DNA from: an uncultured delta proteobacterium
GTDB taxonomy: Bacteria; Desulfobacterota; Syntrophia; Syntrophales; Fen-1087
Reading direction: 5' to 3'
NCBI GenBank assembly: GCA_963709485.1
Contig: CAVPWE010000006.1
Span: forward strand, 11,550-75,549
Length of the DNA: 64,000 nt
Shown: in pieces, positions 9,554 to 18,247 of the stretch
How the letters are laid out: each line of letters begins with the position of its first letter
How positions within the stretch are numbered: position 1 is the first letter of the stretch
Program-made: the position numbers and the translations under genes
Notes under the pieces: generated by a model
What the model was told of the DNA's origin: nothing
The model's input: the letters and a program-made list of their open reading frames with translations, nothing else
The model's database searches: none

Positions 9554-10626
9554 CGATGCGAAAACCGAGATTCCATCCCTGCGGAAATTACCGGGAACAC
9601 TACAAGGAGGAGCTGACGGTCTTCGAGACCGATTTCGGCCGCCTCTGGCTGGGCATCGGTCTCGCTTTCCTGTTTCTGGTCCTGCCCTGGGTCGTGAAAC
9701 CCTACATGCTCTATGTCCTGAACATGATCGGCATCGCCGCGATCGCGGCGGTCGGCCTGAACATCCTGATCGGATTCACCGGCCAGATTTCCCTCGGCCA
9801 CGGTGCCTTTTTCGGCGTCGGCGCCTATGCGGCCGGGATCATGGCCACTTCCGCGGATCTGCCCTTTATCCTGGTCCTGCCGGCCGCAGCCGCCGTGACA
9901 TCGCTGGTGGGGATGATCTTCGGGATCCCCTCGGTCCGCCTGAAGGGCCTCTACCTGACCATTGCCACCCTGGCCGGCCAGTTCATCATCGAGTACATCC
10001 TGCTGCACTGGGAGGGTCTGACGAAGGGCACCATGGGGATCACGCTGCCGAAACCCTCCCTGCTCGGATGGGAGATGAGCGGCGACCGGAGCTTCTTCTT
10101 CGTCATCTTTATCTGCCTGATCGGGATGACCTGGTTTGCCGTCAACCTCATCCGCACGAAATACGGCCGGGCCTTCATTGCCATTCGGGACAACGACCGG
10201 GCGGCCGAGGGAATGGGCATCCCCATCTTCCGCTACAAGCTGCTGTCCTTCGCCATCAGCTCCTTCTACGCCGGGTTCGCCGGCGCCCTCTGGGCTTACT
10301 ACATGGTGAGCATCACCACGGAACCCTTCAACCTCGGCCTTTCCGTCGAATACATCGCCATGGTGATCATCGGCGGCATGGGAAACATCACCGGTTCGAT
10401 CTTCGGCGCCGTTTTCATCACCGGGCTGAACGAGGTACTGCGTTTTGCGACGGACGCCCTGATGAACATGGGGGTGTTCACAAGCACCGGCCTGAACATG
10501 GCGCCGCTGCGCGAATTCGCCTTCGGCGCGGCGATCGTGCTTTTCATTCTCTTCGAACCCCGGGGGCTGGCGGAGGTCTGGCGGATCATCCGTTCGGGCT
10601 TCCGGCTCTGGCCGTTTTCATACTGA
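9550..10626 (+). CDS. LivM-like ABC permease
   Basis: GLNILIGFTGQISLGHGAFFGVG, GRAFIAIRDN, EPRGL. Real start at ATG 9550, overlapping the livH stop. Confidence 0.9.
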   Translation: MTMRKPRFHPCGNYREHYKEELTVFETDFGRLWLGIGLAFLFLVLPWVVKPYMLYVLNMIGIAAIAAVGLNILIGFTGQISLGHGAFFGVGAYAAGIMATSADLPFILVLPAAAAVTSLVGMIFGIPSVRLKGLYLTIATLAGQFIIEYILLHWEGLTKGTMGITLPKPSLLGWEMSGDRSFFFVIFICLIGMTWFAVNLIRTKYGRAFIAIRDNDRAAEGMGIPIFRYKLLSFAISSFYAGFAGALWAYYMVSITTEPFNLGLSVEYIAMVIIGGMGNITGSIFGAVFITGLNEVLRFATDALMNMGVFTSTGLNMAPLREFAFGAAIVLFILFEPRGLAEVWRIIRSGFRLWPFSY

Positions 10627-10638
10627 AGGAGTTTGGCG

Positions 10639-11439
10639 ATGCGGGACATCCTGCTGCAGGTGAACAACATATCCGTGGTCTATTCCGATGTGATCCAGGT
10701 CCTCAAGGGGGTTTCCCTGGCGGTGGAAAGGAAGCACATCGTCTCGCTGCTGGGCAGCAACGGCGCCGGCAAGACGACGACGCTGAAGGCCGTCTCCGGC
10801 CTCCTCAAACCGGAAAACGGCGAAGTGACGGACGGGACGATCCTCCATGCCGGCAGACCCATTCACAACCAGCCGCCCGAAACCATCACCCGCCTCGGCA
10901 TCATTCAGGTGCTGGAAGGCCGCCAGCCTTTCAAATACCTGACCATCGAAGAGAACCTGAGGGTGGGGACGGCCACGCGCTGGGGAAAGGCCTACAAAGA
11001 GGACCTGGAGCTGGTCTACGGTTATTTTCCCGCCCTGCTGAAACGAAGAAAGTCGCTCGCCGGCTACTGCAGCGGCGGGGAACTGCAGATGCTTGTCATC
11101 GGCCGGGCCCTGATGGCCCACCCCCAGCTCCTCCTGCTGGACGAGCCGTCGCTGGGGTTGGCGCCGCTTGTGGTCAGTGAAATATTCAGGATCATCAAGA
11201 GAATCAATGAAGAGCAGGAAACCACTATTGTCCTGGTCGAGCAGAATGCCCGGATGGCCCTCCAGATCGCCCATTACGGGTACGTGATGGAAAACGGCAA
11301 GATCGTCATGGAAGGCCCGGCTAAAGATCTGGTTGAAAATCCCGATATCAAAGAGTTCTATCTGGGCATGGCCGCCTCCGGCGCCGCAAAATCCTACCGG
11401 GACGTCAAATCCTACCGGCGACGCAAGCGCTGGCTTTGA
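10639..11439 (+). CDS. LivF-like ABC ATP-binding protein
   Basis: GSNGAGKTT, SGGELQM, LDEPSLGLAP, VEQN. Confidence 0.92.
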   Translation: MRDILLQVNNISVVYSDVIQVLKGVSLAVERKHIVSLLGSNGAGKTTTLKAVSGLLKPENGEVTDGTILHAGRPIHNQPPETITRLGIIQVLEGRQPFKYLTIEENLRVGTATRWGKAYKEDLELVYGYFPALLKRRKSLAGYCSGGELQMLVIGRALMAHPQLLLLDEPSLGLAPLVVSEIFRIIKRINEEQETTIVLVEQNARMALQIAHYGYVMENGKIVMEGPAKDLVENPDIKEFYLGMAASGAAKSYRDVKSYRRRKRWL

Positions 11440-11585
11440 CAGTGAACAAGTCATTCAACGAACCGTAACGTTTCATTCAAATCATGAGTCTGCGAATCAC
11501 CGTTCCTTCTTCCATGCCTGTCTTTCAAAATAATTATATTTAATAATAACGATATGTTAAAAATTATTTCGCTCGGCCTTCCGTG

Positions 11586-11602
11586 TTGGCACGTTTATTT
11601 CA
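11586..11602 (+). promoter_or_regulatory. Possible sigma-54 promoter (imperfect -12)
   Basis: TTGGCACG-TTTA-TTTCA: perfect -24 element, TTTC instead of TTGC; AT-rich tract upstream. Confidence 0.35.
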
Positions 11603-11655
11603 TATCTATTGGTCAAAAGAAAGAATCAATAACCGATCAAAAGGAGGAATAGATC

Positions 11656-11931
11656 ATGAAAAAGAATCTGGCAACCCTGGTGATGGCAGCGGCGGTCGTT
11701 TTGATCACGGCAGGTTTCAGCTTCGCTGAATATGCCGCGGGCGGCGCGGACAATTTCCCGTATTTTCAGCTTGGATGCCTGATCATCGGCGGGCTCATCA
11801 TGATCTCCCTGAAATACAAATACAGCAGGATCTACACCAGCGAAGTCGTCGGCGCCTTCGCCCTCTACACGCTCTATATCTCCCTCTTCACCTCGCCGGT
11901 GCTGGAAGCCGTGAAGAACTGGCTGAGCTAA
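11656..11931 (+). CDS. Small hypothetical membrane protein
   Basis: 91 aa; strong SD AAGGAGG; signal-like N-terminus plus two hydrophobic segments; own terminator. Confidence 0.75.
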   Translation: MKKNLATLVMAAAVVLITAGFSFAEYAAGGADNFPYFQLGCLIIGGLIMISLKYKYSRIYTSEVVGAFALYTLYISLFTSPVLEAVKNWLS

Positions 11932-11967
11932 AAAAAACCGCGAGAAAATCAGAAACCCGGAATCCGC

Positions 11968-12000
11968 GAAGGCGGGGGCATCCCCCGCCTTCTTGCTTTC
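11968..12000 (+). terminator. Intrinsic terminator
   Basis: GAAGGCGGGGG-CAT-CCCCCGCCTTC followed by TTGCTTTC. Confidence 0.7.
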
Positions 12001-12181
12001 ATCCCATTTTCCATGGAAGGGACCGCTCTACCTGACCAGTTCGCTTCCGCCATTCCCCCATTCCCCGAATTCACACGCCGTATCCCGTCAAAAAATAACC
12101 GGTTGGTGATTGTCGCCGTCATGGCCGACATTCCACATCCGCCTGCGGGGCTAATTTGTGCGGGCCGAAATTCGAAATCCA

Positions 12182-12210
12182 TTGACACGAACCGATCTTC
12201 TTTTTATACT
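12182..12210 (+). promoter_or_regulatory. Sigma-70 promoter of the CoA-transferase gene
   Basis: TTGACA (12182-12187), 17 nt spacer, TATACT (12205-12210). Confidence 0.75.
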
Positions 12211-12485
12211 CAGCTGCCTGAATGCCGGTTTCTGTCGAAGGCGGCGTCTTATCGTGAGCGGATTTCCGCTCATCATGCAAGATAAACATCCAACCGATTC
12301 ATAACCAACAGAACAAAGACTCAGAAAGGGAAGGGGGTGAACAGAACGAGCGTTCGAGTGGCTTTTCCGGTGAACCGATAGCAGGGAAGCTTCTGTTGGA
12401 ATTGAGATTGCGACCCGCTACCTCGTCGCCGCGGACAGCCGAAAGGGTTGTTTTTTTTAACGCAAAGCAAAAAGAGGAGGGAAGA

Positions 12486-13817
12486 ATGAGTTGGGAAGAA
12501 ATTTATAAGAGCAGAATGACATCGGCGGAAGCAGCGGCAAAAATGATCAAATCCGGGGACCGTTTCTGGACACCGCTCTGCCTGGGTCAGCCGGCCATGA
12601 AGATCATGGACCTGATCGCTGACCGCGTCGATGAACTGGAGGACGTCGAATATTTAAACGCCCTCACATTGCGGCCCTACAAGATCTTCAAGCCCGAATA
12701 CCGGAAGACCTTTAACCTTGTTTTCGGATTTTACAGTTCACCCCATCTCCAGCAGATCGCGAAAACCGAATGGGCCAACTTTATCCCGGCCCAGAGTTCC
12801 GACGTGTCCCTGAAAAACGCGGCCCGGAACCGCATCTACCCGCGGCGGACGGGGATCATCACCCAGGTCACGCCGCCTGACAGCCACGGGTATGTCAGCC
12901 TCGGTCTCGACACGTTCTACACCGGCCGCATCATGGACCAGAGCGAGTTTGTCATCGCCGAAGTGAACGACCAGATGCCCCGCACCTACGGCGACACGAA
13001 CTTCCATGTCTCGCGCTTCAACGCTTTTTATGAAAATTCCAGCCCCATGCCCGCCGTGCCGACGCCGCCGGCGACGGATGTGGAAATCCAGATGGCGAAA
13101 AACGTGGTCGGCTTGTTGAAGGACCGGGATTGCTTCCAGGTCGGCATCGGCGCCATTCCGGCCATGATCAGTAAGCTGCTCCAGGACAGCAACCTCAAAG
13201 ACCTGGGCATTCACACAGAAATGGCCCCGGCGGGGACCAACATCCTCGTCGAGAAAGGGATCGTCACCTGCAAGTACAAGAAGGTCAACCCCGGCAAGAT
13301 CCTCCTGGCCTTCACCATGGGCGACAAGGAACTCTACGAGTGGCTGGCCAACAATCCCATGTGCGAGTGGCGTTCCACCCTCTACGCCAATAACATCAGC
13401 ATCGTTTCCCAGGAAGATAACGTCGTCGCCATCAACGGCTCCCTGGAAGTGGACCTGACGGGGCAGATCTGCTCCGAGTCGCACGGCAACGTCATGCGGA
13501 CAGGCACGGGGGGACAGCTCGACTTTGTCATCGGCGCTTTCTGGTCCCCCGGGGGCAGGGCCATCAACCTGGTTCCCTCGACCGCCCTGGACGACAGCGT
13601 ATCGCGCATCGTCCCCTATCTGTCGCAGGGCGCCCGGGTGACCGTGCCCCGCCACTACGCCCAGTACATCGTCACCGAGTACGGCATTGCCGACCTCACC
13701 GGCAGGACGGAGCCGGAACGGGCCGAAGCCCTCATCAAGGTCGCCCATCCCAAGTTCCGCGAAGAGCTGGAGAAGGGCGCACGGGAAAGGGGTCTTCTCC
13801 GGAAAAAGACATTCTGA
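12486..13817 (+). CDS. Acetyl-CoA hydrolase/transferase family (4-hydroxybutyrate/butyryl-CoA:acetate CoA-transferase-like)
   Basis: QVGIGAIP, LGIHTEM (catalytic Glu), VDLTGQ, GTGGQLDF, VTEYGIADL, AHPKFREEL; SD GAGGAGG before ATG 12486. Confidence 0.9.
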   Translation: MSWEEIYKSRMTSAEAAAKMIKSGDRFWTPLCLGQPAMKIMDLIADRVDELEDVEYLNALTLRPYKIFKPEYRKTFNLVFGFYSSPHLQQIAKTEWANFIPAQSSDVSLKNAARNRIYPRRTGIITQVTPPDSHGYVSLGLDTFYTGRIMDQSEFVIAEVNDQMPRTYGDTNFHVSRFNAFYENSSPMPAVPTPPATDVEIQMAKNVVGLLKDRDCFQVGIGAIPAMISKLLQDSNLKDLGIHTEMAPAGTNILVEKGIVTCKYKKVNPGKILLAFTMGDKELYEWLANNPMCEWRSTLYANNISIVSQEDNVVAINGSLEVDLTGQICSESHGNVMRTGTGGQLDFVIGAFWSPGGRAINLVPSTALDDSVSRIVPYLSQGARVTVPRHYAQYIVTEYGIADLTGRTEPERAEALIKVAHPKFREELEKGARERGLLRKKTF

Positions 13818-13827
13818 TCGGTTGCAT

Positions 13828-13900
13828 GCTCGACCTGTTTGCGGACCGGGCGGGCCGAAGGCAAGGCGCCCCGGCCTGTCCGGTCCCTTCGCAAACGAGC
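13828..13900. repeat. Long imperfect inverted repeat (hairpin) between CoA-transferase and MFS genes
   Basis: GGACCGGGCGGGCCG (13843-13857) / CGGCCTGTCCGGTCC (13872-13886), extended by GTTTGC/GCAAAC and GCTCG/CGAGC. Confidence 0.6.
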
Positions 13901-14030
13901 GGCCAAGGCACATTTTTCAGCCATCGGAAATGGCCTTATAGGAGTCAAAACATGAATTGAATCTGTGTGCTGCAGCTTCACGACGCAACGCACGGACGAC
14001 GGAGTGTGCCAACCCGGAGGGGCATGTGCG

Positions 14031-15218
14031 ATGAACGGCATGGAGGATAAAGCGGTATACCGCGCCCTCTTCATCGTGAACTTTCTGGCCTGCCTCGGCT
14101 TCGGGATCGCGGACCCGTTTTTTCCGGTCTACGCGACGTCCAACGGCGCCGCCGGTATTCATCTCGCGCTCATTTTCTCCGGGTTTGCCGCCGCCAAGAC
14201 CCTTTTCTCGCCCCTTGCGGGCTGGTGGTCCGACCGCAGCGGCCGGCGGCGCCTTCTCGTGTTCGGCCTATTCGCCCTTGCGGCGATCGCGATCGGCTAT
14301 CTCTATCTCCCCTCTCCTGTGTGCCTGATCCTTCTGAGGTTCCTTCAGGGCGTTGCGGCAGCCCTCGTTCGGCCCGTCTCGCTCGCTTATATCGGGGATA
14401 TGGCCCCGTCCCGACATGAGGGAACCGCCATGGGGACCTTTGAAATTTCCTACTATGCGGCCCTCGCCTTCGGTCCGGTCGCGGGCGGGATCATCAAGGA
14501 CACGCTCGGATTTCCCGGGATCTTTATCAGCCTCTCATTCCTCTGCATGCTCGCATTCCTTACGGCCCTCATTTTCGTGAAGCATTTCGGCACAAACAGG
14601 GAAAGAGAAAACAGGGCAGTCCGGGTCGATCTGTCCGTGCTGAAAAAAAGCAGGATCCTCATCGCGCTTTGCGGATTCATCTTCTCCAGGACCTTCGGGA
14701 TTGTTTATTTCGGGATGTTCCTGCCCATTTTCATGTTTGAGAACCTGCATCTCACGGGGATTGAGATGGGGGTGGTCATGGGCGCGAACACCACTGTGAC
14801 GGCGCTGCTGCTGCGTCCCATGGGGTATCTCTCCGACCGGATCGACCGGGACCGTCTTATCCTCATCGGGGGGGCGGCCGCGGCCCTGCTCACGGCGCTC
14901 CTTCCCCTGTCCGAAACCTTCCCGCACCTGATCTTCCTGAGCATCGGCATCGGATTTGCCAGCGTCCTGTCCCTGCCCGCCAGTTCGGCCCTGCTTGTCG
15001 AAGAGGGGAACAGGCAGGGCATGGGGCTGACCATGGGCATCTTCAACGCCGCGATGAACCTCGGGGCTGTTCTCGCCCCCCTGGCCGGCGGCATCCTGTT
15101 CACTGTGTTCGGGATGAAAACCGTCTTTTACAGCGCGGGGTTCGTGGGCTTTGCGGGAATATATTTCTACGGTCTCGCAAGAAACATGCGGAAAAGAGAC
15201 AGCGGGACGGGAGCCTGA
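14031..15218 (+). CDS. MFS transporter
   Basis: About 12 hydrophobic segments; motif A GWWSDRSGRR and repeat GYLSDRIDR; SD GGAGGG before ATG 14031. Confidence 0.88.
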   Translation: MNGMEDKAVYRALFIVNFLACLGFGIADPFFPVYATSNGAAGIHLALIFSGFAAAKTLFSPLAGWWSDRSGRRRLLVFGLFALAAIAIGYLYLPSPVCLILLRFLQGVAAALVRPVSLAYIGDMAPSRHEGTAMGTFEISYYAALAFGPVAGGIIKDTLGFPGIFISLSFLCMLAFLTALIFVKHFGTNRERENRAVRVDLSVLKKSRILIALCGFIFSRTFGIVYFGMFLPIFMFENLHLTGIEMGVVMGANTTVTALLLRPMGYLSDRIDRDRLILIGGAAAALLTALLPLSETFPHLIFLSIGIGFASVLSLPASSALLVEEGNRQGMGLTMGIFNAAMNLGAVLAPLAGGILFTVFGMKTVFYSAGFVGFAGIYFYGLARNMRKRDSGTGA

Positions 15219-15275
15219 AGCCTCGCCTGTTCACCTGATATCACGAGAATCGGCGCAGGCGCGGGTCTCCCGGTC

Positions 15276-17024
15276 CTATGCGGCGGGCAACTGCACGGTT
15301 GCATCCCGCATCTTCAGTTGAATATCGGATGCGCCGTTCCAGTTGTTGATCTGAGGCGTGAAGGCGATATCCAGCTTCGGGCCGGAGAGGACGGGCAGGA
15401 AGTGTCCCTTGCCGAACCAGATGCCATTGCAGGACACGCCGTCCCCGTTGATTTTCATGCGCAGATGGTTGTTGCCCACGATGGAGGGAGTAGTCACGTT
15501 GACGTTCCGGGCGCAGAGAACGGGCTCCGGATTCCTGCTGCCGAAAGGCGCCAGCACCTCCATGGCGGACAGGAATTCATGATTGATTTCGCTGAGCTGG
15601 CAGGATGAATCGATCAGGGTCTGTGATATGAACTCCGATCCCGCCCGCTCGGTCTGCACGACTTCTTCAAGCAGGGACGAGAACCGCTGGATATCCTCCT
15701 CCCGAATGGAAATGCCGGCGGCGTAACGATGCCCCCCGTAGGCGATCAGCGCCGAATCGCACTTTTTCAAACCCTCGTAAATATTGAAGTCGGCGACGCT
15801 CCGCCCGGAGCCTTTTCCAATGCCGTCTCTCAGACTGATCAGGATCACCGGCCGGCAGTAACGGTCGACCAGCCTTGAGGCGACGATTCCGATGACGCCG
15901 GGATGCCACTTTTCCGAGGCAAAAACAAAGGCGCTTTTTTTCTGATCGCCGACAGCCTGATCGATGTTCTCCAGGATCTCGCTAACGATCACTTTTTCCA
16001 TTGATTGCCGCTTCCGGTTGCAGTTCTCCAGCTTCTTCGCCAGTTCCCTGGCCTCCTGGAGATTTTCCGTCAACAGCAGCCGGACGGCGTCCAGGGGAGA
16101 ACCGATGCGTCCGGCGGCATTGATCCGCGGAATGAGGCAGAATGAGGCCCTGCCGGAATCGACGACCTGATTTTCGATGCCGCAGATTTCCTTCAGGGCG
16201 ATCAGGCCGGCCCTTCGGGTTTCCGTCAGCAGTCCAAGCCCGATTTTCGCGAAGATCCGGTTTTCATCGATCAGGGGGGAAATGTCCCCGATCGTTCCCA
16301 GCGCCACCAGATCCAGATATTCCTTCAGATTGGGGTATTTTCTGTCTTTCCAGAAGTCCTCCTTGCGGAGAACCGACCTCAGGGCGATCAGGAAATTAAA
16401 GGCAATCCCCACAGCGGCAAGGTATTTGAAAGGGAAGCGGCAATCCGGACGGGTGGGGTTGACGACCGCCGCCGCCTCCGGCAGGGAGCCCGGCACCTCA
16501 TGGTGGTCCAGGATGATGGTGTCAATGCCCAGGGACTTGGCGTAGGCAACCTGCTCGTGATCGGAAACGCCGCAGTCGATGGTGATGATCAGGCGGCTCC
16601 CCCCCTGCCTGATCCGGTCGATGGCCCCCCGGTTCAGGCCGTAGCCCTCATCGATCCTGTCCGGAATGTAGTACTGCACGGTCGGATCGAACTGTTGCAG
16701 GAACTTGACCAGAACGACAACGGAGGTAATCCCATCGGCATCATAATCCCCGAAAACGGTTATCTTCTCCCGCCTGTAAACGGCCGCCAGCGTGCGGTCG
16801 ACGGCCTTGCGCATGTCCTTGAGCATGAAGGGACTGTGAAGATCGTTAAGGGAAGGGGACAGATAGCGCTTCGCATCATCCGCGCTGAGGATGTTCCTGC
16901 TCGTCAGGATGCGGGAAATGATCGGATGAATTCCCAGTTCCTTCGTCAGGCTGTCCTGAACATCCCGGTTGACATCCGCTGTTTTCCAGGTTGTGGTGGG
17001 TAGGGTCAGTGTGCTCATGTCCAA
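15276..17024 (-). CDS. recJ: Single-stranded DNA exonuclease RecJ
   Basis: GDYDADG, TIDCG, DHH, LGTIGD, PRINAAGR, GSGRS, GGHRYAAG. Confidence 0.95.
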   Translation of the reverse strand: MDMSTLTLPTTTWKTADVNRDVQDSLTKELGIHPIISRILTSRNILSADDAKRYLSPSLNDLHSPFMLKDMRKAVDRTLAAVYRREKITVFGDYDADGITSVVVLVKFLQQFDPTVQYYIPDRIDEGYGLNRGAIDRIRQGGSRLIITIDCGVSDHEQVAYAKSLGIDTIILDHHEVPGSLPEAAAVVNPTRPDCRFPFKYLAAVGIAFNFLIALRSVLRKEDFWKDRKYPNLKEYLDLVALGTIGDISPLIDENRIFAKIGLGLLTETRRAGLIALKEICGIENQVVDSGRASFCLIPRINAAGRIGSPLDAVRLLLTENLQEARELAKKLENCNRKRQSMEKVIVSEILENIDQAVGDQKKSAFVFASEKWHPGVIGIVASRLVDRYCRPVILISLRDGIGKGSGRSVADFNIYEGLKKCDSALIAYGGHRYAAGISIREEDIQRFSSLLEEVVQTERAGSEFISQTLIDSSCQLSEINHEFLSAMEVLAPFGSRNPEPVLCARNVNVTTPSIVGNNHLRMKINGDGVSCNGIWFGKGHFLPVLSGPKLDIAFTPQINNWNGASDIQLKMRDATVQLPAA

Positions 17025-17202
17025 TGGTCTGCGGTGCGGTGGCCGGCGTGAAATTTCGGGTGTTATCTTGCAAATATAAGCTTTTCTGTCAAGCGAAGAT
17101 TTGGCATTCCCTCTTCGCCGGTTTAACCTTGATCTTGAAAATATTAAGTGCTAAAAATTTCTTCGCTGAGCGTATGCATTTCACGAAGGTTGAATTCTTC
17201 CC

Positions 17203-17994
17203 ATGCTGATGCTGACCCACACCTGGATTCTGAAGGAGTTTCTCGGCTCTCGGGCCCTGCATCGGGACTGTCTCGATTTGTACACCTACAATGTCTCCCC
17301 GGATCTCCTGACGTTTCATCATGCGATTACCTCGGAGATGACGCACGGCATCGACCGTTTCCGCGACCTCCCCGATGCGTACCGGAAGGCCGCGTTCGTC
17401 CATTTCCATCTGCTGGTCGACGACATCGCCCATTACGGAGACATCTGCGAAAAGCCGGTTTGCACCTTCAATCCCGATTCGAAGGGATACACCTATGTAC
17501 GCGGCAGGCCCCTGGTGCCGCCGATCCGGAACTTTCAAAAGCGTTTCGGCCGGGAAATCAGCCCGTCCGAGGCCGCCTACCAGTCCCACATCATGATCGA
17601 GACGGCCTTCGACATGGTGTTGAACCGCAGCCCGGACAACGCCGGCCTGATTCCGCTGTTTTCCGATTCTCTGGGCAGCACGGCCCAGAACGGGCTTGAA
17701 GAATTCGGCCGGACGATCGAGTGGCTGACGGACATCCGCGGCGAGACTGCCGGCGAAGCGTTTGCGAAAGGGGTGAACATCTGCACGCCCGAGCGCATGA
17801 AAGGCTTGATGGACGTGGAAGGCCGAATCAATCTTTTTATCGACAAATTCGGCCTGGATCGAAATGATCAAGAAGTGCGTGCGGGAGCCATTGAACTGCT
17901 GGAACAGGGGATGGACCTGGTTCGCGACTGTGAAGCGTTTCTTGAACCGACGATGGAAAAAATCAGGAAATCCGCTTTCCGCTGCTTCCTATAG
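17203..17994 (+). CDS. Hypothetical protein with zinc-dependent phospholipase C-like motifs
   Basis: N-terminal [25 protein letters not shown]. Confidence 0.55.
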   Translation: MLMLTHTWILKEFLGSRALHRDCLDLYTYNVSPDLLTFHHAITSEMTHGIDRFRDLPDAYRKAAFVHFHLLVDDIAHYGDICEKPVCTFNPDSKGYTYVRGRPLVPPIRNFQKRFGREISPSEAAYQSHIMIETAFDMVLNRSPDNAGLIPLFSDSLGSTAQNGLEEFGRTIEWLTDIRGETAGEAFAKGVNICTPERMKGLMDVEGRINLFIDKFGLDRNDQEVRAGAIELLEQGMDLVRDCEAFLEPTMEKIRKSAFRCFL

Positions 17995-18186
17995 GGCTTT
18001 TTTCACAAAACCGGAACGAATGCAGCGCGTGCAGACTTTGACCCGCTTCACCGCCTTGGTTTTCTCATCCACACAGCGCAGACTCTGAAGATTGGGGTAC
18101 CACACCTTCTTTGTCTTGTTGTTGGCATGACTGACATTGTTCCCGACAACGGGCTTTTTGCCGCACACCTCGCAGACTCTGGACAT
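17989..18186 (-). CDS. rpmB: 50S ribosomal protein L28
   Basis: [34 protein letters not shown]...VCTRCIRSG. Confidence 0.97.
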   Translation of the reverse strand: MSRVCEVCGKKPVVGNNVSHANNKTKKVWYPNLQSLRCVDEKTKAVKRVKVCTRCIRSGFVKKAL

Positions 18187-18247
18187 AATCAAACTCCTCA
18201 GGGAATGAATGGGGTGGCTTCTAAACCATCAGGATTAAATTTGCAAG

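Noticed and set aside
12433-12468. Resemblance to a c-di-GMP-I riboswitch (GAAAG loop, ACGCAAAGC)
   Set aside because: Interrupted by a T run, with no second hairpin or tetraloop receptor; needs an Infernal scan.
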